Positions 37,487-46,837 are shown, numbered from the stretch's first letter. The stretch: 64,000 bases of DNA from Clostridiaceae bacterium (GCA_031289315.1 JAITPR010000016.1:72751-136750); one strand, 5' to 3'. Notes: a model not told the origin generated them from the sequence alone. Program-made: numbers and translations.

Positions 37487-37815
37487 AAGCTAAAGTTTTA
37501 AAAAGACTTGGTGTGACGGGAGTCGCGGGGCTTGCCCCCGGGTTGTCGGGCAGGGAATGAATGCGGAGTTTACGAAGCAGAAACCGCATGACTTTACTTG
37601 ACGGTATCCCCTCTCGTCTTTCGCTAAGAAAAACTTTTAAACTACTTGTACGCTAAAAGGCGTATGGGGGATGGTCGAGCTAAAGCGGAGGATTTCCGTG
37701 CAAGGCAAGCACGTACCGTGCGTCGTATCGTGGGCGGTTCCAAAAGATTGAACGTAGGATGAAACTGTTTTAGGTCAGTCGTAACGGTCGTTTAGAAATA
37801 CTTGAGAGGTGAGAT
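37487..37815 (+). promoter_or_regulatory. ~330-nt GC-rich leader upstream of the glucokinase gene (possible cis-regulatory RNA, class unknown)
   Basis: No ORF. Local hairpins include CGGGGcttgCCCCG at 37526 and ATGCGG..CCGCAT at 37561-37589. No intrinsic terminator seen. Confidence 0.3.
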
Positions 37816-38769
37816 ATGTACTATATCGGTATAGACATTGGCGGGATGAGCATTAAGACCGGTCTTGTCGATGAAACCGGGAGATTGCATTTTAAAAAAG
37901 TTTTTACTACTAAACCGGACGAACCGTCACTAATCATTATTTCTTGTATAGCGGATTTTGTCAAAGAGATGTTGGCAGAGAACGCCTTAACGCTTAAAGA
38001 TATTTCCGGGATAGGAATAGGCATTCCGGGATCGGTAGACAGTAAGAAGGGAACGGTTCGTTATTGTTGCAATATAAATTTGGTAGACGTCAAGCTCGTT
38101 GCGGAGCTTAGCAAATTGCTTAATTTTAAGAACATTAAAATAAGCAATGACGCTAACTGCGCGGCATTGGGCGAAACGCGTTTCGGAGCGGGACGCGGCG
38201 CGGCGAATACCGTAATGATAACCTTAGGCACGGGAGTGGGTTCCGGCATAATATCCGACGGGAGGCTGTTTGAAGGCGGCTTTTCGGCGGGAGCGGAAGC
38301 CGGACATACAACCGTAATGATGAAAGGCGGCGACGAATGCGGCTGCGGGTTTAAAGGGCACTGGGAAGCGTATGCTTCGGCTACCGCGCTAATTCGCCAG
38401 ACGAAGAGGGCGGTGGAAAAAGCGCCTACGTCGAAGCTTGCGGAGCTTGCCGAAAAAGGCGTCACAGGACGTACCGCTTTCGACGCGGCGAAGCAGGGTT
38501 GCAAAGCTGCGCAAAAGGTTGTCAGGAAATATCTTGAATATGTAGGCATCGGGCTTGTTAATCTTTGCAACCTGTTCTATCCTGAAATCGTGATAATCGG
38601 CGGCGGGATATCGAACGAGGGCGATTATATAATAAAACCCTTGCAGCGTTATGCAAACAAGTATGTTTACGGGCGCGGATACAATCCGAAAATAAAGATT
38701 ACACGCGCGGAGCTTTTGAACGACGCGGGCATAATCGGCGCGGCGTCGCTGTGTATGGAGCAATCCTAA
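37816..38769 (+). CDS. glcK: ROK-family glucokinase
   Basis: N-terminal IGIDIGGMSIK ATPase motif and ROK zinc motif GHTTV...CGCGFKGHWE. Confidence 0.85.
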   Translation: MYYIGIDIGGMSIKTGLVDETGRLHFKKVFTTKPDEPSLIIISCIADFVKEMLAENALTLKDISGIGIGIPGSVDSKKGTVRYCCNINLVDVKLVAELSKLLNFKNIKISNDANCAALGETRFGAGRGAANTVMITLGTGVGSGIISDGRLFEGGFSAGAEAGHTTVMMKGGDECGCGFKGHWEAYASATALIRQTKRAVEKAPTSKLAELAEKGVTGRTAFDAAKQGCKAAQKVVRKYLEYVGIGLVNLCNLFYPEIVIIGGGISNEGDYIIKPLQRYANKYVYGRGYNPKIKITRAELLNDAGIIGAASLCMEQS

Positions 38770-39198
38770 GCGGAGTCGTCGGATAACCGGAGGAGGCAAT
38801 CTTCCCACCGCGCATAAACAAGGTATAAAATAAACAAACGGTTGTTCTTAAACGTTTAAGCGGTTACTTAAAAGGTAACGGCGTTTAGTTAGGGACGTGC
38901 CACCGCGTGAAATCATACGTCAAGCGGACACGGACTAAAAGCGCGGGGATAAAAAAAGCGCTCTAAATTACGCGGTAGGAACAATAGAAGAAGACAACGG
39001 TGCGGCATTTAATTTAATTGCCGGTAAAGCCGCCGTTGTCAAGACGCTTAGGCGGAAGCGGATTATCCGTTTAAAATGAAGCAAACCAATTAACCCCATG
39101 TCCCTCCGACGGAACAAAAGAGGCGCGTATGCGTCAAAATAACCTTAAGGACGGCAAACAAATGCGACGGGAAGCCGCCGCGACTAATAAAAAAGACC

Positions 39199-39426
39199 AT
39201 GAATAAACTTGAAAAATTAAAGACATTATCAAAAAAATTAAACGACCTCCGCCGTGTTTCGCAACGGACTCAAAAAGAGACCGCTGAAATACTCGGCATC
39301 ACCCCCTCCGGCTACGCCAGCTGGGAGCAAGGACGCACCGAACCCAGTTTGTTCTTCGTTTTGAAAATATGCGAAATCTACGGCATTTCTCCTAACGAAT
39401 TACTCGATTGGAACATTGCGGACTAG
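39199..39426 (+). CDS. XRE-family helix-turn-helix protein (75 aa)
   Basis: TQKETAEILGITPSGYASWEQGRTEPSLFFVLKICEIYGISPNELL. No SD; isolated between ~400-bp non-coding flanks. Confidence 0.65.
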   Translation: MNKLEKLKTLSKKLNDLRRVSQRTQKETAEILGITPSGYASWEQGRTEPSLFFVLKICEIYGISPNELLDWNIAD

Positions 39427-39834
39427 GTAGTGTAACGACTTACGGTCAGTTTAGTTAATTCAAGCTCTTTTAACGTATAGCTTTACGTTAATTCCTCTCT
39501 GTGTATTTTATAGTACACATCTTAGGAATTGCCTTAATATACGCGAAAATAGCTTAAAATTCACTAAAAGCTGTTAGGTCAACACGCCCTAAATAGGCTT
39601 TTATTTCGGAATGCGCATTTAAATTAACGGTTTTTGCGCCGCACGGGGTATTTTTCCGCTTACGGGTACGGTGTATTTTCAAGTACGCCGTATCCGGCGC
39701 GGTGAGTACCATAATTTTGGCGCGCCACGAAATGAGGCTAAATTTTCGACGTTATGACGGCGGATAGACCCTCACGGTGTTTTTGCTTTCCGACGCTTAT
39801 TTTGTCGGTTATTCGCGCATTTGCGTAATTTTTC

Positions 39835-41745
39835 ATGCCGACTTTAGAGCAACGCATCAATAGAATACTTCTTAACGTTGAAAAACCCGCCCGTTATACC
39901 GGCGGAGAATTTAATACGCCGAATATGAAGAAAGCTCAGGCGCACAACAAATTGGCGCTCTGCTTTCCCGATGTCTACGAAATCGGAATGAGTAATTTGG
40001 GGCTTTCAATTCTCTATCACGCCGTGAACGCCTTACCCGCGTGGACGGCGGAGCGCTGTTTTGCCGTTAAAGCGGATATGGCACGCGAAATGAACGCGAA
40101 CGGTATTCCGCTGTTTTCGCTTGAAACAAAAACTCCTTTGAGGGAGTTTGACGCGATTGGTTTTTCCCTGCAATACGAGTTGCTGTACACGAACGTGTTG
40201 TACATGCTGGAGCTTGCCGGTATACCCTTTCGCGCCGCCGACAGAAAAAATGGAAATTATCCTCTGATAATAGCCGGCGGACCGTGTACGGTTAACCCCG
40301 CGCCGACAGAGGCTTTTTTCGATATTGTCGTGGTGGGTGAGGGCGAGAACGCGCTTGTCGCGCTGGCTAACCTTATAGACGAGGAAAAACAAAAGGGCTT
40401 TGACAGAGAGCGCGTTTTGGAGCGTGCCGAATGCATTCAAGGCGTGTACGCACCCGCGCGCGCGCACGCGAACAATAAATGTGCCACAAGCGGCGTTCAG
40501 AACGGTGATAAAACTTCCTCAAGCGGTACGCGAAAGCGTACGGTATTAAAAGCCGTCGTCGAAGACTTAAACGGCGATAAAACTTCCTCAAGCGGTACGC
40601 GAAAGCGTACGGTATTAAAAGCTACCGTCGAAGACCTGAATAAGGTTTTTTATCCGTTAAAGCCTCTCGTGCCTAACATAGAGATAGTGCATGACCGTGC
40701 CGTAATGGAGTTGTACAGAGGTTGCGGCAGCGGTTGCCGTTTTTGTCAAGCGGGGTTCTATTACCGTCCGTTGAGAGAAAAGGACGCCCAAACAGTTATT
40801 AATTGCTCGAAAGCCATGATTGAAAACACCGGCTTCGACGAGTTAACCATGTCCAGCCTTTCAAGCGGCGACTATACGCATCTGCTTGAAGCCGTTGAAG
40901 CGTTAAAGGATTTTACCGATAAAAAGCGTGTGCGCATAGCATTGCCGTCGCTTCGTTTAAACAGCTTTGACGGGCGTCTTGCCGATTATACGCGTAAGAG
41001 TTCGCTTACGTTTGCGCCGGAAGCCGGTACGCAGCGGTTGCGCGACGTGATTAACAAAAACATCACCGATGCGGATATCGACAATATCGGCGCCATGTTT
41101 GAGGCGGGTTACAGAAGCGTAAAACTTTATTTTATGTTGGGGCTTCCCACGGAAACCGATGAGGATTTGGACGGAATTGCCGAAATATGCCGCCGTTTAC
41201 GCGCGCTTTACGTCAAAACCGTAGGTAGAAAGGATGTCACGATTTCCGTTAGCTGTTCGGTATTTATTCCTAAACCGGTGACGCCCTTCCAATGGGAAAG
41301 GCAGATAAGCGTTGAGGAAATGCGCACTAAGCAGTATTATTTACGCAATAAACTCCGCGATATAAAGGGAGTTACCTTTGGTTGGCACGACGCCGAAACC
41401 TCCGAACTGGAGTCCGTGTTGGCGCGCGGCGACGAAAGGCTAGCGGCGGTAATCGAACGCGCTTACGCGGATGGCTGCAAGTTCGACGGTTGGACGGAAA
41501 GCTTTGATTTTGCCAAATGGCAGGGTGCTTTTCAAAAGGTCGGCGTCGATATGGGCGATTATACGCGCGCGATACCTACGGATGCGACGCTTCCGTGGGA
41601 TTTTATTGACACCGGCGTGGATAAGTCATATCTGCTTGCGGAGCGCGAAAAGGGCTTGCGCGCGGAGGTGACGGCTAATTGCCGCGACGGTTGCAACGGG
41701 TGCGGAGCAAATAAATTGGGCGCGTGCTTGGCGGGTAAATTATGA
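39835..41745 (+). CDS. B12-binding-domain radical SAM protein (TIGR03960-like), carrying an in-frame 69-bp tandem duplication
   Basis: CGSGCRFCQAG cluster motif. The 23-aa unit NGDKTSSSGTRKRTVLKA.VEDL occurs twice (40501-40638). Confidence 0.85.
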   Translation: MPTLEQRINRILLNVEKPARYTGGEFNTPNMKKAQAHNKLALCFPDVYEIGMSNLGLSILYHAVNALPAWTAERCFAVKADMAREMNANGIPLFSLETKTPLREFDAIGFSLQYELLYTNVLYMLELAGIPFRAADRKNGNYPLIIAGGPCTVNPAPTEAFFDIVVVGEGENALVALANLIDEEKQKGFDRERVLERAECIQGVYAPARAHANNKCATSGVQNGDKTSSSGTRKRTVLKAVVEDLNGDKTSSSGTRKRTVLKATVEDLNKVFYPLKPLVPNIEIVHDRAVMELYRGCGSGCRFCQAGFYYRPLREKDAQTVINCSKAMIENTGFDELTMSSLSSGDYTHLLEAVEALKDFTDKKRVRIALPSLRLNSFDGRLADYTRKSSLTFAPEAGTQRLRDVINKNITDADIDNIGAMFEAGYRSVKLYFMLGLPTETDEDLDGIAEICRRLRALYVKTVGRKDVTISVSCSVFIPKPVTPFQWERQISVEEMRTKQYYLRNKLRDIKGVTFGWHDAETSELESVLARGDERLAAVIERAYADGCKFDGWTESFDFAKWQGAFQKVGVDMGDYTRAIPTDATLPWDFIDTGVDKSYLLAEREKGLRAEVTANCRDGCNGCGANKLGACLAGKL

Positions 41746-42368
41746 TAATTTTGAAGTATCGAAAGACCGGAAGCGCACGCTATATTTCGCATATAGACGT
41801 CTTGCGCGGTATGGGGCGGATTTTGCGGCGCGCGGGGCTGGAACCCACCTTTTCGCAGGGCTTCAATCCTCATATGAACCTATATTTTTCGCCGCCCATA
41901 GCGCTGGGGCTGGGAAGCGTCGCGGAATACATGGCGGTCGACATACCGGAGGTTAGCCCGGAGGATTTTCTTAAGAAATATAACGCGGCGGCTCCCGACG
42001 GTTTAAAGGGTATTTCCGCAGAATATGCGGAAAAAAATCCGAATTTTGCGGCAAACGTCAAGGCGTTCGTCTACCGTACGGAGCTGAAAGGGAGTGCGGA
42101 AGCGCTTGCCAAAATTGAGAAAATCAAGGACGTTTATAATATAACGTACACACAAAAGGGCGAAACCGTAACAAAGGATGTGGGCGCGCTTATCCGTAAA
42201 ATAGAAAGAAGAGGCGATTCGGAATTCTTTTTTACGCTTGCCGCCGGTGCGGAGGTTTTACGTCCCGACAGACTACTCAAGCAGTTGGAGGTTGATTTCG
42301 GCATAGAATACAGCCTTCCCGAGGTTACAAAAACCGAACAACTTTTTGGGGTGGACAATCCGCGTTGA
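41742..42368 (+). CDS. Radical-SAM-associated DUF2344 (TIGR03936-like) protein
   Basis: ARYISHIDVLRGMGRILRRAGL..FSQGFNPH; 4-nt overlap with the upstream radical SAM gene. Confidence 0.8.
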   Translation: MIILKYRKTGSARYISHIDVLRGMGRILRRAGLEPTFSQGFNPHMNLYFSPPIALGLGSVAEYMAVDIPEVSPEDFLKKYNAAAPDGLKGISAEYAEKNPNFAANVKAFVYRTELKGSAEALAKIEKIKDVYNITYTQKGETVTKDVGALIRKIERRGDSEFFFTLAAGAEVLRPDRLLKQLEVDFGIEYSLPEVTKTEQLFGVDNPR

Positions 42369-42520
42369 CGACTTGCTGGCTAAGAAAATCTTTTCGGCTC
42401 TTTTTAGTCTAAAACCGTCTGAAATGCTCGTCCGGTAGCGGTGCTACGACTGTGCTTTTAGGTAATTTATCCTTACAAATAGCCGAAAAAATATTTTATC
42501 ACCGCAAATTGTCCACATCC
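42348..42520. repeat. GTGGACA-palindrome repeat, long form with a ~85-bp palindrome-ended insert in the loop
   Basis: Left arm 42348-42397 (overlaps the last codons of the CDS). The insert is bounded by CTTTTCGGCT/AGCCGAAAAA. Right arm 42483-42520. Confidence 0.85.
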
Positions 42521-42708
42521 AAACTTCTTTGACGCCGTAGCGTCTTACGATACAAAAACAAACCGCGTAAAGAGCGTGTTTACACTCTAAAAACCGCGTA
42601 AAAAGTAAAAACAACCTGCGTAAAGCCGCGCCCCATACCGGACCAAAGGAGAAACCTAAGGTTTTTTCCGTCCGACATTAGGCGTGATTATACGCTAAAG
42701 AGTTCTCA

Positions 42709-44199
42709 ATGAAGAAAATTTATATCGACTCATATCCTACACGCGCAGCAGCGGTCGTCATTGAAGACGGACGGGTCGTTGAATTTCTCGCCGAAAAGGA
42801 CAGAACTCCGAAGCTCGTGGGCAACATCTACAAGGGCAGGGTCGTCAATACCTTGCAAGGCATGAAGGCGGCGTTTGTCGATATAGGACTTTTAAAAAAC
42901 GCCTATTTAGATATGGGCGAATTGCCCTTCGAGGTAAGTAAGGCGGAATTCGACGGAGAAAAGATTTGCCGTCCGTTGCGGTTGGCTCCGGGCGCCGTCA
43001 TCATGTGTCAAGTCGTCAAGGAGCAGTTCGGCACAAAGGGACCGCGCGTTTCGCCGGTGGTGTCTATTCCGGGCAGATACTCCGTTATCGTACCCGATAG
43101 CGCGATGTTTTTGGTGTCGCGCAAGATTTCCGATTTGTCGCGTCGCGCGGAGTTAGAAGCGCTTATGCGCGCGAATGCCGCGCCTAATACCGGGTTTATT
43201 GCGCGCACCTTAGCGGAAGACGCCTCCGACGAGGAAATCATAGGCGATATGCGCTTTATAACCGACCGTTGGGAAAAAATTAAAGCCGACTATGAGCGCA
43301 CTCCCGTAAAGGGTTTGGCTTACGCCGACGGCGATTTACTTATCCGCACAATAAGGGATTTGATAACGCCCGACATTGAAGAGCTCGTCGTCAATAACGC
43401 GGCGGATTACGAAAGGTTTCGCGGTTTGCTTGACCGATGCGGCATTCCTAACGAAATATTAAAAATTTACGACGGCGACGAGTATATCTTTGCGCGCTAC
43501 GGCATCATTCCGCAGATTAAGACGGTGTTGGCAAGGCGCGTAGATATGGACAACGGGGGTTATTTGATAATAGACAGAACCGAAGCTCTCACCGTCATAG
43601 ACGTGAATACCGGCAAGTTTGTCGGCGAGACGGACTTACAAGATACGATTTTTAAAATGAATATGGCGGCGGCGGAGGAGATTGCCCGTCAGATACGTCT
43701 TCGCAATATAGGCGGCATTATCATAATTGATTTTATTGATATGCGCCGCAAGGAGTGCCGCGAAGCCGTCATCTCTAAGCTGTCCGAATGCGTCAAAAGC
43801 GACCGCATTAAAACATCTGTACTGGGCATGACGCAGCTAGGCTTAGTGGAGATTACCCGCCGCAAGGAATGTTCTGTCGTCAACGACATGTTTGTCGTCG
43901 AATGTCCCAATTGTGAGGGCATGGGCGTGATTTTCGTAGACGAAGTGTTGGTTCTCCGCGTTCGCGAAGCCCTTTTCCGTTTCTTTGAGAAAAACCCGTG
44001 CGACGCCGTCGTAATAACGGTTAACCCCGCGGTCGCCAAAGAAATAAACGCGTATAACATCTTTAACCGTGAGTTCGTCAAGGGCAAGTCAAAAACCCTC
44101 TATCTAGTCGAAGAAGCCTCCTTTGAGCTTAATTCCGTCGACATCAAAAATGCCCGCGCTTTCCCGCAAGAAACCCTTGATACCTTTGTAAAACTATAA
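42709..44199 (+). CDS. rng: Ribonuclease G/E family (Rne/Rng) endoribonuclease
   Basis: S1 domain GNIYKGRVVNTLQGMKAAFVDIG; catalytic region IDRTEALTVIDVNTG; zinc-link CPNCEG. Confidence 0.9.
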   Translation: MKKIYIDSYPTRAAAVVIEDGRVVEFLAEKDRTPKLVGNIYKGRVVNTLQGMKAAFVDIGLLKNAYLDMGELPFEVSKAEFDGEKICRPLRLAPGAVIMCQVVKEQFGTKGPRVSPVVSIPGRYSVIVPDSAMFLVSRKISDLSRRAELEALMRANAAPNTGFIARTLAEDASDEEIIGDMRFITDRWEKIKADYERTPVKGLAYADGDLLIRTIRDLITPDIEELVVNNAADYERFRGLLDRCGIPNEILKIYDGDEYIFARYGIIPQIKTVLARRVDMDNGGYLIIDRTEALTVIDVNTGKFVGETDLQDTIFKMNMAAAEEIARQIRLRNIGGIIIIDFIDMRRKECREAVISKLSECVKSDRIKTSVLGMTQLGLVEITRRKECSVVNDMFVVECPNCEGMGVIFVDEVLVLRVREALFRFFEKNPCDAVVITVNPAVAKEINAYNIFNREFVKGKSKTLYLVEEASFELNSVDIKNARAFPQETLDTFVKL

Positions 44200-44292
44200 T
44201 AAATATATGGGGCGTATTCGCGTTAGACGTGCGCTTGTTGTTTCCTTTGTCCACTCTCAATCCTCAATAAAAATCTTGTCATTATTGTTTCC

Positions 44293-44460
44293 GCATGGCT
44301 TTGGAGTACGTTGTTGCTATCGCCCCGATTGCCGTTTCGGAGTTTTGAGCATGGTTGCCGCTATATCGTTTGCTATCGCCCCGATTGCCGTTTCGGAGTT
44401 TTAAGCATGGTTGCCGCTATATCGTTTGTTATCACTCCGATTGCCGTCCGGAGTTTTCAT
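44293..44460. repeat. 56-bp tandem repeat x3 in a convergent intergenic region
   Basis: Units GCATGGTTGCCGCTATATCGTTTGCTATCGCCCCGATTGCCGTTTCGGAGTTTTRA start at 44293, 44349 and 44405. Confidence 0.85.
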
Positions 44461-44530
44461 TTTGGATACGGCATTATTATACACCCCTTTTTGGCGATAA
44501 GTCAAGATTTCATGTCACAATTTATCGAGT

Positions 44531-45091
44531 TTATTTTTTCAAGATGTTTTGCTGATTGCTGAACAGGTAGTTTAGCGTGGTTATAACCGAGGCGGGTGTG
44601 TCGTCCGGAAACTGTGTGATAGCAACTCTAAGGGCGGCAAAAAGCATTGATACACGGACATTGATAAAATATTTCCAGCTTCGCGTATCAAGTTGAGCAA
44701 CCTCTTTGATGAAGGAAAACTTTGTTTCAATTGTCGATACCACTTGAGTTTGAAACCATTCATACAGATTGGACTCCATAAGTGCAAAAAATAAGGCTTT
44801 TTGGTTGAGCCAAATATCAAACAAGGCATTTAAAAGGTCGTCGATACCGGTTGTTTTTTCGCTAGAAAAATGTTCTAAAAGTGCTAAAGAAATGCCTTCC
44901 GTCTGATAGAGAATTACATCGGATTTATCGTCAAAGAGTCTATAAAACGTCGCCCTGCCGACGCCGGCGCACTCCGCAATTTCGGTAACGGTTAGCATAG
45001 AATAAGGCTTTTTTTGCATGAGCGTATTTAGTCCGTCGCAAATTAACTTCGCCGAATCACGTTTACGTTTGTCGTTTCCGATACGATACAT
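44531..45091 (-). CDS. TetR/AcrR-family transcriptional regulator
   Basis: HTH TVTEIAECAGVGRATFYRLFDDKSDV; AGGAGG SD. Confidence 0.88.
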   Translation of the reverse strand: MYRIGNDKRKRDSAKLICDGLNTLMQKKPYSMLTVTEIAECAGVGRATFYRLFDDKSDVILYQTEGISLALLEHFSSEKTTGIDDLLNALFDIWLNQKALFFALMESNLYEWFQTQVVSTIETKFSFIKEVAQLDTRSWKYFINVRVSMLFAALRVAITQFPDDTPASVITTLNYLFSNQQNILKK

Positions 45092-45194
45092 TTTTATGCC
45101 TCCTGTCCCACTTCTCTAAATGGACTTTTTTTTCCTTAAGCATCTTGAATTCCACCCTATGCTATGATACAATAGTATCATAGGATAAAACGTT

Positions 45195-46775
45195 ATGTCA
45201 ATAGGGGGCGATAATTTGGATAATATAACTTCAAGTCGAGTTACAACGAAAAGAGAACGACGGGATTACGGACTGTTTTTCATCGGTCAAAATATGTTTT
45301 ATCTTTTTGTGATGAACTTCATTCAGAATTATTTTACCGATGTCGTTGGAATGGCAGCCGGAACGGTTGCTATAATAATCCTTATTGCAAGGCTGTGGGA
45401 TGCCGTAAACGACCCTATTTTTGGCGGAATTGTGGATAGAAGCCGTCTTAAAGGCGGGCGTTTTAAGCCGTGGCTGAAGCTATCACTCTGTATTTTGCCG
45501 ATTTTCACTATCGGGCTGTTTGCCGTGCCGTCGGGGCTGGCGTTGCCTATCAAAACCGCGATATGCGCAATTGTTTATTTCGTTTGGGGAATGGCTTTTA
45601 CGGTATGCGACGTGCCTATTTATTCACTTTCTACCGCTATGACAAATAACATGCAGGAACGCACCGCATTGATTGCACGCGGCAGACTGAACAGTACCTT
45701 TGGCATAATGGCGGTAATCCTTGCTACCGTGCCGCTCACGGGGTTATTCAGCAGACTTATTGGAAACGAATCTCAAGCGTGGTTGATTGTCGCCGTAATA
45801 TTCTCGGTAATAGCCTTCTTTTTCATGCGCCCGATTGCCAAAAGCGCAACCGAAAGGTTCATTGACCAAAGCACCAAAGCGTTATCTATAAAAGGAATTT
45901 TTTCATACTTAAAATCCAACAAATACCTGCTTATTTTTTACAGCGCAATGATTATATTCAGCCTGACCAATACCGTCAGCACCTTGTCGCTTTATTTCGC
46001 AACGGTAAATCTAGGCGACAAAAATATGTTTATTGTGGTGACGCTTATAACCATGATAGGCGCGCCGTTTGTTTCCATTTTTCTACCTAAGCTAAACAAG
46101 AAATTTGACAAGTTCCAAATTTTCATGTTCGGAATGGCGGTCGCTATTGTGACAAGCGTGATAATCTATTTTGTGGGATATGAGGGAGTAAGATTTGTGC
46201 CGTTTTTGATACTCTCGTTTATCAGAGGCGTAGGATTTTCTTGCACAATGGTAATGTCATATATGTTTGCGGCGGATTGTATAGAATACGGCACATATAA
46301 GAGCGGAAAAAGAGCGGAGGGGATTACGTTTTCTATTCAAACCTTTACCACTAAAATGACCGGCGCTATTTCCGGCTTCATTGCAATGGGCTTGCTAGGT
46401 TGGTTCTTTAACTATCAATCGGCTTACTATGTGGACAATGTGCTTATCAGCCCCGTTCAGCCGCAAAGCGCCGTCACGGGAATATGGTTTATGTATTCGA
46501 TTTTCCCCGCAATCGGAGCGATAATCGCGTTTATCATACTGATATTGCTGTATAAACTGCGTGATAATGACGTCCAGATTATGGCTAACGTCAACTCCGG
46601 TGAAATCACCGTTGAGGAGGGCGAAAGGCTGTTGAATGAAAAACATGGCGGAGATGTAAAAAGCGAATCCAGCGAAGAGGGTGAAAGACCGTTGAATGAA
46701 GAGCATGACGGAGAGGAGGAAGGATCGTCGAATGAAGAGCACGACGAAGATAATAAAAATAAACCCGTTGAATAG
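45195..46775 (+). CDS. Glycoside-pentoside-hexuronide (GPH/MelB-like) MFS symporter with a repetitive acidic C-terminal tail
   Basis: 12-TM profile; motif DAVNDPIFGGIVDRS. The start is uncertain: ATG at 45195, or TTG at 45216 preceded by AGGGGG. Confidence 0.85.
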   Translation: MSIGGDNLDNITSSRVTTKRERRDYGLFFIGQNMFYLFVMNFIQNYFTDVVGMAAGTVAIIILIARLWDAVNDPIFGGIVDRSRLKGGRFKPWLKLSLCILPIFTIGLFAVPSGLALPIKTAICAIVYFVWGMAFTVCDVPIYSLSTAMTNNMQERTALIARGRLNSTFGIMAVILATVPLTGLFSRLIGNESQAWLIVAVIFSVIAFFFMRPIAKSATERFIDQSTKALSIKGIFSYLKSNKYLLIFYSAMIIFSLTNTVSTLSLYFATVNLGDKNMFIVVTLITMIGAPFVSIFLPKLNKKFDKFQIFMFGMAVAIVTSVIIYFVGYEGVRFVPFLILSFIRGVGFSCTMVMSYMFAADCIEYGTYKSGKRAEGITFSIQTFTTKMTGAISGFIAMGLLGWFFNYQSAYYVDNVLISPVQPQSAVTGIWFMYSIFPAIGAIIAFIILILLYKLRDNDVQIMANVNSGEITVEEGERLLNEKHGGDVKSESSEEGERPLNEEHDGEEEGSSNEEHDEDNKNKPVE

Positions 46776-46826
46776 GGTGAAAGATCGTTAAGTGAGAACC
46801 ATGACAAAGATAATAAAATCGGAGGA
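46614..46826 (+). repeat. ~57-60-bp tandem units forming the transporter tail and continuing past its stop codon
   Basis: GA(G/A)GAGGG(C/T)GAAAG.C.GTTGAATGA..A.CATG.CGGAG units at 46614 and 46674. A third unit at 46771 carries TAG in place of GAG. Confidence 0.8.
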
Positions 46827-46837
46827 GATTAAGAAGT

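Noticed and set aside
37487-37815. Identification of the glcK leader as SRP RNA, tmRNA, RNase P RNA or 6S RNA
   Set aside because: None of the hallmark motifs is present: the GGAAGCAGC helix-8 context, the GGGG..TTCGA..CTCCACCA termini, and GAGGAAAGTCC. The region is left unclassified.
44207-44562. Three overlapping plus-strand ORFs (65-83 aa) with the repeated CYRPDCRFGVLSMVAAISF
   Set aside because: They are products of reading through the 56-bp tandem repeat in different frames. There are no SD sites.
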